Source: Girardia tigrina
Lineage: Eukaryota
DNA: 64,000 nt
Assembly: GCA_001938485.1 (NCBI GenBank)
Contig: MQRK01243535.1
Span: 23,426 to 87,425, forward strand
Direction of reading: 5' to 3'
Part shown: piece by piece, positions 13,650 to 28,064 of the stretch
Position numbering within the stretch: position 1 is the first letter of the stretch
Layout of the letters: each line of letters starts with the position of its first letter
Made by a program: the position numbers and the translations under genes
The notes under the pieces: generated by a model
Told to the model about the DNA's origin: nothing
The model's input: only the letters and a program-made list of their open reading frames with translations
Databases searched by the model: none

Positions 13650-14790
13650 CGGGAATGATCATCAATTCCCAACCGCTTGGATGAATGCAAAAGTGGTAAC
13701 ACTCTTCAAGGGACAGGTGCAAGGTCTGTTACGAAAAATTAGATGGATCTTCCTCTTGGAAGTCACCGGCAAAAAGTTTTTGCATGAATACTCGTAAATA
13801 GAATGACGCCGGTGATGGAGGAAAGATAAGACTCTTGGTAGTTTGGTTTTCGGCCGAAAAGATGTACTATGCAATCTATAAGTATACACAGGCGGATACA
13901 GGAAGAAAGTCGATATAAAAACCAGAAGATATTTTGGATATTCATCAATTTGGAAAATGCATGTCATAGTGTCCAACATGAAGTTCTGTGGGCCTGTCTG
14001 AAAAGACTTGGCTTGACCGACAAGATTCTCTGTCTGATCAAGGAATTCCATGAGAGCTTTATTGCCTCTGTAGGAGATTGTGAATTTCACATGAAAAGGT
14101 GTTAGGCAGAGATGTCTGAAGAGACCTTGCCTTTTTAACTTGGTCTTGGATGAAGTTATCAAAACAGAAATACTGAAAGGATTCGGAGGCGGAATTACCC
14201 TGATCGACGAGCATGGTGACGAATGGTCAAGGTTTTGACTTATTTATGCGGATTATCTATATATCATCGACTATTGATCGTGCCTGTAAAAACTTGGATA
14301 TACTTAGAAGCAAATTTTCAGAATTCTGGTTGACTATTAGTGCGCCTAAGACACAAGTTATGTGCCTAACTGATGACTCGGGGACTGGAATATCACAAGC
14401 GATGTGTGGTAACAAAATCATAAAATGGGTGAGCGAGTTCTGTTACCTCGGCAGTATATTGACCACATGTATTAGCTACAATCGGGATATCGGTTACGTT
14501 GTGGAATGAGGAAGTAACGAAATCTGCAGCCTGCGATTCAAAGTAACTGACATCCTATAGCGCTGAAAAGAAGACTAATCGAATCATGCATTTTCCAGCA
14601 GTGTATTATGGGAGTGAGTGCTGGGCAACGCCTGAAAAAAAGTAACCCAGGTACAAGCTACCTGCACACGCATTGCTATTGGAAAAACGAAACTTGACAG
14701 ATTATGCAATACAAATATGTCAATTGGTTTGACCGAGGAGTGTGGTACTAGTGAAACGGCGTATTGTATTCTTTGAGTACTATTAAGAAC
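13650..14790 (+). mobile_element. RTE-type LINE RT remnant, apparently inserted in the hAT element
   Basis: 'IPTAWMNAKVVTLFKG', 'IFINLENACHSV', 'LTISAPKTQVM', 'VSEFCYLGSI', 'YYGSECWA'. Confidence 0.8.
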
Positions 14791-15148
14791 AAAGAATACA
14801 ATACAAGAAAGAAAATGTCATTACAATTGAAAATATTTGATGTTTGAGTCGACTTACCACTCCAGACCGAATCGCCAGCACAGATTTTCGATTTCCTTTC
14901 CGGTTGAATCACCGATTTTTGAGATTAAGTCTTGGTGGTATACATTGACTGCCATTTTCGAATATTTTTAATAGTAAAAACAATTACTAAAACAATTATT
15001 TTAATTGATTATTGCTCGTAGTATTTGAAAACAAGATATGAAACTTTTTTGTGATCATTATGTATTATTTATATTATATTTAAATCTATTTAAAAAAATT
15101 AATTTTTTTCTATTTAATTAATTTAGATTTGACATTTTAGATTTATAT

Positions 15149-15189
<41 letters not shown>

Positions 15190-16701
15190 ATTTAAAATTG
15201 ATACTTTTTTGTTTAGATATTTTTTCAATTGAAATTATTATTTTGACTTAAATTTTCAGTTTTAATTTTGAAATATGAAAGATTTTATTAAAGACTAAAA
15301 ATATAAAAAAGATATTAATTTAAATGAATTATAGTAAATCTCAATTAAATTACTTAAGCCAATTAAAAAATGCGATGAATTTATTTTGAACTGTTTAGAA
15401 AATGAAGAAAATATTTTAGGCATTTTAATAAACATAAAATTTTAGGAGTAATTATTTGATATAAATTTTTAATTTTACATTGAAACTTTTTCGTTGAAAG
15501 TTGAGATTTTTTCATTATTATTTTCTTATTATTTATTATTTATATTTAATGGTTCGTACCTCATTTTTATATTTGGTTAAGATATGAGTTAATTTTAAAA
15601 TATAGTAATAAATTATGTTCAATGGTTTACTCTGCCTTTAATTCTCTCAATAAAGTAAAATATTCTTTCAATTTAAAGGTAATTTGATTTTACTAGACAT
15701 AATTACGCTAATATATAAATAATATGAAATTTATTATATTACTGTCATCTATTGTTTTCTTTCATTAACAATATTTATTTGATAAATTTAGTAACTATAA
15801 TTGTATATAATTAATTTCAGCAAGACATAAACGGTATTTGATCGGTTTCAAGACTCTTATCAAGAATAATGTCGCAACTTTTTAATTAATGATAATTTTC
15901 AAATAATAAGTTTGTTTCGTAATTTGAAACATCGCAAAAATATGAGAAAATTTATTAATATTATCGATGAAATAATAAACAAGCTGGACTCAAATTAAAT
16001 AAATAAAGGTAAAAAGAAATATTTGACATTTGTTACAAGATATGTAATTTTTAGGTGTGATTACTTTGGAATCTTATCTCTGTAATTCAATTACGAAATC
16101 AATACCAAACTTCATCAACGATAACAATAAAGTTAATATTATTAGTATTAGGATTATTAGCATTATTATTATTTTAATTATTAGTAATATTGTTATCCTT
16201 GTTTTTGATGATAATTTATAGATGTGTAGAAAGAAATCTTAGAAACTTTGCAAACAATCTGTTCTAGAATACATGTTTGATGGAGCGCTTAATGTAAAAG
16301 CTTTCTTCAAAGATTTTCATCTAAAATATTTATGGCCGTATTCCAACTTCACAGTGAAACCACGGCGTTATGTTCAAACAAAACTTTTGAAATGAGATCA
16401 CAAATAATTGTGACGAAGAAAATGTAAAATATTGAAAATTAATTTGAATTTATAAAATGTTCTTATGGCAATTATTTTTTAACCCTTGTGTATATAATAT
16501 ATTCTTTTAATTATTAACCTTAATAATACAATTCTTTAGGAACTCACTTTTAGTTTCAATATATGATTATGATTTATTTAAATTATTTATTGTTTCTTTG
16601 TTATTTAGGGAAGTCTCCTAAAAGTTTTTAGATTTTTTTTCATTTATTTCATTTCTGTTGTTAAGAATACTATATAAAAGGAAAGTTTAAATTATACACT
16701 T

Positions 16702-16732
<31 letters not shown>

Positions 16733-16742
16733 TATCTATATA

Positions 16743-16788
<46 letters not shown>

Positions 16789-17049
16789 ACAAAGTCAATA
16801 CGTGTCAATCTAAAAGTATTCATTGTAACTAGATTTCAGTCTCATATTGGATAAATTTCTAAATTGATAAATATAATTATTTTATTACTTTTTACTTATT
16901 TACATTTAATTATTATTACATTTTATATTCAACTTCACATAAATAAAAATAGATTTCACAAAATATAAATATGAAAACATAAATGAAAATAAATATCAAA
17001 TATAAATATTTCTTGAATTATAATATATAAGAATATTATAAAAGAATTT

Positions 17050-17890
17050 CTTGAATTTGATATTTTGCACTCTTCATGCAGTTAATATTAAAAATCGTAC
17101 TCATTATATATTCGTTGTTAAATAAGAATGGCTATTCTAAATCTTTTCTAGAAAAATTAATAAAGGAAACAGTAGATAAAATACTTTTGAAAGATTTTTC
17201 GAAAAATCAAAGTTTGGCTTCTCCTGATGGATCTAAGAAAATCGAAGGATCATTAGATATGAATAATATGCCTAAATATTGTTTAATTGTACCTTATTTT
17301 GAAGGATTTAAAAACTTTAAAAATGCATTGTTAAAAGCATCTAACAATGAATTAAATTTAAAAATTATATCACGATCTCATAAAATTCAAAATATTTTCA
17401 GTAATAAATCTATTACACCTTTAACACTGATATTGTTTATGAATATAAATGTAAAGGGTACGATGCCACATACATTGGAAAGACTGCCCATCATCTCTGT
17501 AAACGAATTCAAGAACATAGTCGAAAAGAGAGTAAGAGTAATAATATAAGTAACATAGGAAAAAATGTAAATGTGATGTTAATTTTGATAATTTCAAAAT
17601 TCTGTGTAAACATTTTGACAGTTATTAGGAGAGAGTGTCGTGTGAAGCATTGTTAATTAGGTCACGTTGCCCTAAAATCAATGTTCAATCGGCAGTCTCA
17701 ACCAGCTTATTGAGAATTTTTGATTAGCATGATTTCATGCAATCGATTACATAATCATTATTTTTGTATTTATATACAGGTGAATTAGTGACCTGAAGAT
17801 GACGGTAGATCCGTCGAAATATATTGTCTTAAAATATATTTTTAAATGGATGACTTTGGTCATTATATATTTGTTTTAATAAATTTATAA
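17050..17890 (+). mobile_element. Penelope-like element 3' part (RT thumb, GIY-YIG, pLTR)
   Basis: 'LNKNGYSKSFLEK', 'IVPYFEG', and frameshifted 'IVYEYKCKGYDATYIGKTAHHLCKRIQEH'. A hammerhead lies downstream. Confidence 0.85.
17790..17828 (+). ncRNA. Minimal type I hammerhead ribozyme in the Penelope pLTR
   Basis: GAC-CTGAAGA-T-GACGG(tagat)CCGTC-GAAA-TATA-T-T-GTC. Stem I is GAC/GTC, stem II is 5 bp, stem III is palindromic, and the cleavage triplet is AUU. Confidence 0.85.
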
Positions 17891-19228
17891 AAAAATTTCA
17901 TCATGCCACTCGGAAAATATAATAAAAATGACAAAAGTACCCACCGAAAAATTTTAGAAATCGAAGAGAATGGTGATTGCAGGTCAGCCTGTAATCTCTA
18001 TGAAATAAATACAAGAACATCTTACGACTGGATTCGCTGCAATCAAAAAAAATATTACGCTTCCCGGTGGCAATGACAAAAACTACCTTTGCGATTACTG
18101 CTGCACCTCCATGTTTCTTCTTAGACAAACATCCACGAAAGCGTGGCTCGATCTTATGGATTTTCTACTCCAATCCAAAACCTCAATTAGCAAAATGAAC
18201 TGTTTAAACCTTTATTAGGATCTATTTAACTTGGCACCAAATAAAGCAAATTTAAATATTTCTTTAGTGAACACTTATTTGCTTTACATTTTCCCCCAAA
18301 GAATTCGACAGCCGATTTCCACATGTTCTAATCATATTTTAGTTTAATTTTAAAATTCATAGTTTTGTTGTTTCTTCACAACTGGTGATCAAAGTAATTT
18401 GACGAAAATTTTGCATATAATTTAAAACATAAAAACAATTAATAAAATTATGTTTAAATACATTTTTTCGAAAGTTTAAATTTGAATTTTTAAATATTTT
18501 CAAATACGATTCGAGATTGGCCCGTCGGGCGGTGGGTGATATGTATAATATGACTTGTAAATGCGGTAACCCCAAAGAATTTTTCTAATAATATGTAAAT
18601 CAATAGCGATAACGCAATGAAATTGAGTTCTAAGGTTTGAATAAAGAAAAGGAAATTTTGAATGATTAATATAAAATTTACCAATAAAATTTACCATAAA
18701 AACAAATATTTTATTAATAGTTATTATTATTACTATCTGTAATATTTCCTGTTCAGGAATGCCATCTGTACATATGTATGTCTTTGTTATTTATTTTGGG
18801 CGTTATGTATAAATCATTTTTTGAAGAAGGATACAAGTTCATTTTTACGATTTAATTTTAATCTAATAAGGAAAAAAATAAGTAAAGTCAACGTAAAATA
18901 AAGAAGGAACCAATAGAAGGAACCAAAAATAATTTTACACTAAGAGGTTATATTTTTGTTTATTTGGTTCATTAGTTTGGATTTGTGGGTTATTGTCAAA
19001 AGACTACTAATTGTGTTTACATTATATCCTTATTTACCGTAACACTCGTGGTTTTTTCTTTATGATTTCATAATCAACCGTAAAGACCAGTTTACAAGAT
19101 ATTTATTTTTCGTACGATATTCGTTCTATCCTAAAACTGAGTTTTACACTATGTATAGCTATGCATATTTATTTAAACTTATTTCAAATTTAATTAATGA
19201 TTCAAAACTTCAGGCTTTGACATGGTTT

Positions 19229-19345
19229 ATATCCTAATATTAAATTCACAACAGAAACGGAAGGAAATGTCAAACTTGCTATTCTTGGATTTCTTGTGAC
19301 TATAGGGAATGGAAATATCGTACTGAATTTAGCAAATCGCAAAAT
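19229..19345 (+). mobile_element. Penelope RT fragment
   Basis: 'YPNIKFTTETEGNVKLAILGFLV' matches the PLE RT pattern HPNIKFTxExExxxKLPFLD. A shorter copy lies near 19878. Confidence 0.6.
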
Positions 19346-22099
19346 AAAATAAATGAAGGAGAACAAAAAAATGCAAGTTGCGGATTGAATGGAAATTCGA
19401 TATATTTTCTCGAGAAATATGAAATCGTCTAATAAAAGATTGAATAATAAATAAATTGTGTGATGTCTCAAATTATCGACAAAAAGTTTAATGATTGGAT
19501 TCTTGTATTTTTATGCTCCTTCTTCTGTTATACTTTTTTTCAGTTTTTAATAATTTGAAGAATTAAAATAATGTAAAAATTATTTTTAATTTAATACCAA
19601 AATGCGTTGTTTAGTGCTTCAAGTAATTTGTTAAATGGAAAATTTTAGATTTTGTAGAATTTGGAAATTGTAAGAACTGATGCGTGACTGAAATTATTCT
19701 GTGAAAAAATTGGTTCTTTTAAAAAATATTTTACTTAATATATTTCATTGCTTTCAATAGTTTTTATCTGTAGGTATGAATCTCATGAAAAAATGATGGT
19801 TCACTGAAATTCGGCCATGAAACTATTTCCTAATTTAATTAAGAATTCAAAACTTAATGATGTTTTGACATGTTCTTTATCCTAATATTAAATTACAGAA
19901 ACAAAGTAAATGACAAATTTATGAAGGTTTTTTTAGTCACCCTAAAAAATGATGATTGATTTAGGAGTTTTTAAAATGCGAAAAGTAATTATTTAAATGG
20001 TATGTCTGACATTTCAGAGAATTTGTAATTTTTTATTAGAATAATGATAGTCATGGCTTTGATGATATATTTTTATTGAAAAACTGAAATATTAAGAGAA
20101 AAAAAATATGTGATTTGTGATTTTCAATCGGAGATATTTCGAACAAAGGTGTTTTGCTACTTGGGAAATGTTCATTCCAGCCGTTAGAGGGATGAAAATG
20201 TTGCAAAATGACGAAAGGAAAATTACAAAATCGTTTGGAATCTCATAAAATTCAAAATCGAGAAATGCTCAGTTGAGCCGCATTTCACTCACAGTCGGAC
20301 AAATTTATCGATTGATTCTTAAAAGAATGTATTGATATGCACAAATAGTTTTCTTAAATGATTCAAAATAAAGAACTACTTGCATGTTTGTTATTTAAAA
20401 TAGTTATGAGAAGCAAATTGTAAATCATTTCGCGGAAATATCAATAAATTTTTATATAAAAAAATTAATTTAAATAAAAAAGGATTTGAAAAGGACTTGA
20501 AAATAAAACTTGATTTTTGAATTGTTCAAAGTTTGCGTGATCTATTGTCAAAGTATTTTTGTTTGTCGAACGGTAAAATTAAGAAATCGATAGTGTCTTC
20601 TTGTTGTTATAATTACTTTTTTTGAAATTTATGATTAAATTACATTTTCATCAAATAAATTTGAGATTCTTGATATATATATATATATATATATATACAC
20701 AAATATGATCTGAATGTAAAATGCAGAAAAACAAAATGCCAAAAATCCAATCAGTCTGGGCAATGTCATAACTTGTAATAATGATAAGTATTTATGATGT
20801 TTTACAAAAATTAATACATTTCCAAGTGAAATCAAAAAATTTTGTTTAATTATAATGTCGCGTAGAGACATTGTTTTGTGAAATAAAGATTTCAATAAAG
20901 AATTTTTGAATGGTGTTTATTTTAGTTTTCATTTTTTATTATGAAAAATATGAGTGAGGAAATCGAATAGGAATCAAAGTTGACCACGAAAAGTTGGCAA
21001 GTTTATTGAAATTTTAATTATTGAGTTTTATTGGTACATGCTTACTATTGCAACATGTTAATGAAGCGAAATTATTTATTAAGTTAATATTTTGGTTAAC
21101 TGATGCAAAAAACATCGTCAAAACCTACACAATTAATCTTGATCTTTTAAACTTTTGTCACAACAATACATGTAATTTTTATATCACAAAACGTATATAT
21201 ATACATTGATTAATTCGATTTTGATTCGAAAAAATAAAAATCCATCGAGGATAATTAAGATACAAAAAAATTTTTTTAGAAATTACATCTTACTAATATG
21301 ATTTTCCTTTTATCAGAAAAAAAGTTATTCGAGATTTTTCACACTAAACAGGAGCTATAATAATCATTTAATACACCATTTCAACATGTATTTCAAAGAA
21401 TAATAATTGAATTTCAAATTTGTAAATTGTATTTCAAATAATAACTGTTGGGTTCGTAATCAATAATTGAAGTCATAAGAACGCAAAACTTTATTTTAAT
21501 AACAATTATTCAAACAATTTTTGTTGAAGTTTTGTTTTGTTTTTGACCAGATTAATTATATGTAAAATATAAAATTGTAAATTCTGATAAATTATTTATT
21601 AAAATTGTTATTTTTGCGAATTGAATTTATTATTAATTTAATTACAATAATTTTACATAGTTAAATTTTTATATTTAATTAAAAAAACAATTTTTAACAT
21701 CTATATAATTTAAAAAATTATCTTACAATGTTTAAATTTATTGTATATTACTACAAATTATAATGGCTTGTATTTAATTGATCAGTATTTTAAATTATTC
21801 GATCAGTACCGTATATACTCGAGTATAAGTCGGAAATTTTTTTCTGTTTTTTGGATCATAAAATACCATTTCGACTTATACTCGAGACAAAAAAGTAAAA
21901 AAAATATTTTACGAAATTTTAGAGATAATGAACAGTCTTACCATCAACGGTATTGAAAACAACTAGTATAAATTATATTTTGTTTAAAAGAATAAAATTA
22001 TTAATTGGTTTTATTTGATTATTGACTATAGATTTCTGCTATTTCTATGGTTATTTCTTTTAAACTATTGCGTTAATAAAATTGTTATAAAATATTTTA

Positions 22100-24953
22100 A
22101 TGTTTACTTATACAATGGCCGAATTGGAAAGGAAACGGCAATCATATGAATCTGGATTTAAGATTAAAGTTGTTGCGTTTGCGGAAATTCACGGCAATTC
22201 GAATGCGATGAGGGAATTTAATGTTGATGAAAAACTAATTCGCGATTGGGCAGAGATCAAGGAGGAATTAAATAGTATACCAAGAACGAAGCGTGCACGT
22301 CGTGAAAATATATCATCGTTCCCAAATTTGGAAGGGGAATTAAATGATTTGGTGGTATTTCAACGGCAAGAAGGCTACATCATCACACGTAACTGCATTA
22401 GACTGCGAGCCCTCCAGCTTAAGAAAAGTGAAAAGTACAAGACATTGTCTGGCATCACTACATTTTTAGCATCTGCGGATTGGTGCTCGAAATTTATGGA
22501 CAGATTTTCATTAACTCTACGCCAAAGAACAAAGATTGCACAGAAACTGACAGTTGCGTTGGAAGAAAAGATTCAATCCTTTCATCGATTTTTAATCAAG
22601 CCCAGAAAACTACACGATTATAATTTATTGCAGATCGGAAATATGGACGAAACCCCAATAACATTTGATATGCCATCCAATCGAACCGTTAATGCAGCTG
22701 GTGCCAAAACTATCATGATAAAACTACAGGGCACGAAAAAACGCGATTCACTCTCGTGCTAGCATGCATGGCAGACGGAATTAAGTTAAAGCCAGTGGTG
22801 ATCTTCAAACGAAAAAAAATGCCAAAAAATGTTAAATTCGTCTCTGGCGTGATTGTGGAAGCTAATCCAAAAGGTTGGATGGATGAGACGGGCGTACATA
22901 AATGGTTACATCAGGTTAGGAATAGTCGGCCTGGTGCAATGATGGCCAGACGCTCCATGCTAGTGTTGGACATGTTTCACGACCACATTTCAGAGTCTAT
23001 GAAGAAAACAACTAAGGATTTAAAGTGACGCAGGAGTCTCGAAGGAATGTGAAGCTTAGAAGTCGGAGTGTCATGTAAATATGTGTAGATAAATTAATTT
23101 TTATGAGTAGTGAAAAAATATGTAAATGGATTGAGTGGGTACGTAAATTTCGATTACTATGTTTCAATAATTATTAATTTTGTTTCATCAGAATGCTTAT
23201 CATTGATTATTCATTATTAATTATTCTTAATTATCAATTACATTATTGGTTATTAATTATAATTTATTGATTATTAGTTATTTACTAATTTTGTTTAACT
23301 AATTTTAATTTTTTTTGTAGTTTTGTTTTTGTTTAATTAAATTTTGTTTTGTTTTATTAATTTTACCCGAATGTAAATTGTCGAACAAAATAAGTTCCTC
23401 TGGTAAAAATTAATCGAATTTCTTAATTCTCGCCTTATTTTAAATAAATTTGTAAATAATGATCATTAATAGTTTAATAGAATCATTTTGTCAATACATG
23501 GAAATGCATGGGTCTCATTACTCACATGACAAACCTTAGAGTTCGATTTCCCAGTAGAAACTTCATAATGGACTATCGGCTTGTTACTTAAAATAATCTT
23601 CTTTCGTCATTTGAATAATTTTGAGTACTTTCATTACAGTTTTCCCATCTATTCTATTGGAATTATCAAGGTTTTTATTCGATATTCTGTAGTCATTCAT
23701 TTAATTTTGTATGTCTGGATATAAAGCACTAAATATTTCGTCAGAGGAACAAAAATTATATATCGAATGAGGAGATTTTACTTGTTCGAATCACTGTCGA
23801 GATCTGAGTCATAAATAATCTCTTTTGTTTACTCGGCATAATGAATCAAAATATCAGTGCGTCTCAGATATGTATGAAAGATTTTGAAATTTTATCGAAT
23901 AGTGAAAGTCGAATTAATTGAACTTGTTTTTTTTTTTNGGGGGGGGGGTATCGCAGAGAGATTGTTTTGATAATAAATTATCATGGTTGTTGAGTTCAAT
24001 TATAAATCACTCTGAAAATTTAATTGAGAAATAACACAACGCAGATAAAATAAAATATTACTAAGGAGTATCGAGTAACCATTAAAAATGAAATAAAATG
24101 AAATAATGTTGAGTACCAGAGATAATTTGAAAGATAAATATAATATGACAATGAGTATAAATATATTTGATGTGATCAATACGAAGAATCCTGGGAGACG
24201 GTGCAGATAGACCATAGCATGCACAGGGGCACGTGGTCGGATCGACGCTTGTTTCCTTAAGAAATTCTTTGTTCAGTATGGATAAATCCAAGTGAATTTG
24301 AGTAATCGTAAAGTAAAATTATCAACCCCTCCAGAAACTGAGCTACCAGTCGGGTCATCCTCGGTACTGGTAGAGAACCCGAAGGCGCTCCGACGCACAC
24401 ACAACTCGTTGATGTGCGCGAAGGAGGCGCGTCTGTTCCCTTCAACCATGAGTGATCATCGAGAAGAGTACAAAGCACACATGAGTTGCCGTTGAACTCT
24501 AAAAACGGATGGGGGCCCTAAGCTTACAAAAATATTGAAAAAAGGGGGAACACGACATATGTTTTACAGCCTTTAGATGTCTGTCTAAACAAGGCTTTCA
24601 AAGACCGTCTTCGCAAAAAATGGATTGAATGGATGACATCAAGTTCCGCAACACTAACAAAAGGAGGCAACCTAATGAAACCAGATATTATTGTAGTTGT
24701 TGCCTGGATTAAGGAAGCATATGATTCTATACCGACCGAGATGGTAATTAAATTCTTCCTTAAATGTGGTATTTCAAATGCCATGGATGGATCCGAAGAT
24801 AACTATCTTTACGAAGAAATCGATGATATGGCTTCTGAGAGAGAAAATGAAAATGATAGTGGGGAGGAAACTGAAGATTGCACTGTTCACACCGATACTC
24901 AAAATTTGATTCATGATGGACTGTTTATTAATTTGGATTCTAAAATTGATTAG
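22100..24953 (+). pseudogene. pogo transposase (Brinker-type DBD, CENP-B HTH, DDE), frameshifted and split by an insertion
   Basis: ORFs 22100-22762, 22756-23028 and 24633-24953. Motifs 'NMDETP', 'KGWMDE', 'LVLD', 'LQPLDVCLNKAFK'. Confidence 0.9.
23026..24552. mobile_element. ~1.5-kb composite insertion in the pogo transposase; right part is an LTR-like repeat
   Basis: The transposase frame stops at 'KDLK' and resumes at 'TTYVLQPLD'. 24190-24552 is homologous to 52885-53249. No TSD seen. Confidence 0.7.
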
Positions 24954-25289
24954 TAAAAGATTTAACTTTTTTATTATTAAAGATGAATTTTCATGTTAAT
25001 TTTTTGTGTTGTAGATTAAAATTGAAACCCTTTTTCCTGTTCGACTTATACTTGAACCTTTAATTTTCTTCACTTTCAAGTCGAAAAAGTACACTTCGAC
25101 TTATACTCAAACCGACCTATACTCGAGTATATACGGTATTTTTTCTTTAAAAATCAGTAATTTAAATAAATTAAAAGTATTTTATTTAATTGATAAGTAT
25201 ATTAAAAATAACCGATCTGTAATAAAATATGTCAATATGTATTTTATTGATTTGATTAGTAATATAATTAATTTGATTGATAATAAAAT

Positions 25290-25555
25290 TGATTCACCGG
25301 TATTATTTCGACGCCGAATTTACGATAATATTTTTTGCAGTAAATTTTGTCGCCAAATTTATGATAATATTTTTTGTAGTAAATTTGGTCGTCGAATTTA
25401 TGATAATATTGTTTTGTATTAAATTTTTTCGCCGAATTTATGGTAATAAATTTCGATGCCGAATCTGATAATATTTTTTGTAGTAAATTTTGTTGCCGAA
25501 TTTATGATAATATTTTTGTAGTAAATTTTGTCGCCGAATTTATGATAATATTTCT
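25290..25555. repeat. Minisatellite with a ~33-39 bp unit (CGCCGAATTTATGATAATATTTTTTGTAGTAAATTTTGT), about 7 copies
   Basis: Direct tandem repeats visible by eye. Confidence 0.9.
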
Positions 25556-26004
25556 TTACTTAACATTTAACATTTGTACTTATAAAATTTTGAAATTATA
25601 TTTTTTCTGAATTTTTAATAACTTGTAAGTTCTTCTTTCATGATTTAGTAAAATTTTTTATTAGTTATTTTTAGAAAGATATATTAAAATGCCACTGCCA
25701 TACGTTTTTAGCAACAAAAACAAATTAAAATTGACGGACAATGGTCAGTGTATACAATCGAATATACAATCAAATTCAATTCAAAGAAACATTACCAATT
25801 TATTTCAATATTCAATAGCAACATCAAGCATACTGGACCCCAAAAGGTTTTAAAATATAAATAACTTTAACAATTTAAATCCAATTGAATCTAAACTATG
25901 AGACATTTCTTACATAATATGGATGTAAAGTTTACTAAAAGCTCGCCCGTCTAACGTTTTTAGTCTTTTAGGAACAGGGTTTTTAAAAAGTTGTCACAAA
26001 TTAT

Positions 26005-27744
26005 ACCATGTGGGGTCTGTGAGACCCCAAATGAATAATTAGCAAAACGAAATATTAAAAGTAATGCAATGCATTTTGATAATAATAGCAAGTAATAATA
26101 GTAAGATTCATATGTACATATGCTCATTTTATACATGAGTTACTCAATTGGTATATAAAGGCTCATAAATGTCATGCACATACTTTTCGTCAGTTATATG
26201 TGAATATATTAGGTAATATAAACGCACACGTTTATTATCTTGTTTGCTGGTGCATTTATATATGGCTACGCACGGCCAGTCAGTTATTTTCGAATTGTAT
26301 GTACGTCTCTACAACTGCATAAATTAGCATTTTCATTGTTTTCAAATCGTTTTATAAATTTTATTTTTTTTGAATATGCAACGTCCAACTATAATAGCTG
26401 CAATTGAGGCGAATAGACACAGCAATTGGTGATGATATTTTCGAAGGTTTTATTTTGAGTTATCTTTTATAACATATAATTATTTTTTACTTGACCAGAT
26501 GATGAAGAAAACGAAGATTTTTCAGAAGATGATGAAGTTATTTCCAATCCAAGAGAGCAAGAAAGTAGTGACGATGAATTAGAAGTGGTAAATAATGATG
26601 AGCAAGGCGTTATGGTATCTCGAAATGGCATTGAAATATGGGAACGTCGTTATATTTTTAATGTTGAAAGACAGCATAGACAACACGATATATTATGTGA
26701 GGAGGCAGGGCCCACACGACAAGCACTACCATATGGTTGTGATGACAGCAATCGACAGCGTTCAAAGTATTCTGTGGTTTAGATATAGTGGCCATTATCG
26801 TTCAAAACACCAACACAGAAGGCCGACTACACAACGCTAATTGGGTTTTAACAAATTCTGATGAGTTGTATAGATTTTTCGGTTTCCTCCTACTTGCCGG
26901 AGTTTATAGAGCGAAAAGCAAAGCACTCACTCAGCTTTGGAATGAACAACATGGTAGACCAATATGCAATAAAACGATGTCCCGCAATTGTTTTTTTGTG
27001 AATTGAGACGGCATTTACGCTTTGATGACAGGGGTACACGTGAAAAACGTCGACGAGATGACAAATTGGCACCAATTCGAAATGTCATTGACATTTTTGC
27101 AACAAAGTGCCGATCAAGTTATAAGCCCGGAGCAGTTGTCACAGTTGATGAGCAATTGGTGACGTTTCGTGGACGTTTCCCATACAAAATGTTTATTCCA
27201 AGTAAGCCGGGTAAATATGGTATGAAATTGTGGGTTGCAGCGGATGCAGGGAATTCCTATTGTCTCAACCTTCAAGTTTACAGTGGTCGACGTGGTAGTG
27301 CACGTGAGGTGGGACAAGGTACCAGAGTTGTACTTGAATTAACTGAGCATCTGACAAGCACAGGTAGACACGTCGTTGGCGATAACTTCTTTACAAATAT
27401 TGTGCTTGTTCACGCTCTATTGGCACCTCGCTTGAAAAGCGGCGTTGCCATTTGTGTCCCCGAAAAATGATCGAAAGTATAACCAACAACATTTGTTATC
27501 AAGCAGTTTGCTTTGAGCACTCAATTCGTCGTAATAAATGTCAATAGAACTTTTCATATTCTTGTCATTGCTTTATAAATTAATAAATTTGTATATTTTA
27601 AAACTCTTAACTTACTAGTGTGATGTTAGAGACTAATAAAATTAATTTTTTGATAATAGTATCCGTAAAAATATAGATTCTGTACTGGGGTCCAACAGAC
27701 CCATTTGGTCCTCAACGTGATTTTTTTTCTTGGTCGTTTAATGG
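26005..27744 (+). mobile_element. piggyBac element with a degraded, 3'-deleted transposase
   Basis: 'VTVDEQLVTFRGR.P.KMFIPSKPGKYGMKLW', 'VGDNFFT'. The right end ...AATGG is followed by TTAA. Subterminal palindromes GGGGTC..GACCC at both ends. The left TIR was not found. Confidence 0.9.
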
Positions 27745-27842
27745 TTAAAAATATATTAAAATTTAATTTCAACAATTTCAATATATTTAAATTGGTTTCA
27801 TTCAATTACAGAATCGGTAGGTTATTTAATGAAACTAACAAT

Positions 27843-28059
27843 GTTTTAGCAAATAACTTTCTTTTTATTTATTAACTGTTGAATTAACAGCCTTTGACTC
27901 AAATCTTATATCTTTCAACGTCTATTGTAACGGAGCAATGCCACTTTGTATGCATTCGTTTTTCTATATGCATTTTGTAGAGTTATTTTTGTTTCAAATA
28001 AACTTGTAGCGATCTACACGACGACTTAATTATTAATTGAATTACAATAAATTGGCCTT
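27843..28059. repeat. ~215-bp near-identical duplicate of 36185-36402
   Basis: Direct sequence match in the same orientation. Confidence 0.9.
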
Positions 28060-28064
28060 AGTTT

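Larger units (their letters stand above)
21809..25136 (+). mobile_element. Full-length pogo-family DNA transposon, interrupted
   Basis: TA-flanked TIRs CCGTATATACTCGAGTATA / TATACTCGAGTATATACGG. Subterminal CGACTTATACT repeats. Confidence 0.95.

Noticed and set aside
15760-16495. Possible old Tc1/mariner remnant
   Set aside because: Only a TIR-like right end and vague peptide traces. Boundaries are unsupported.
25290-25555. CRISPR-like array
   Set aside because: The units are contiguous with no unique spacers, there are no cas genes, and the context is eukaryotic. It is a minisatellite.
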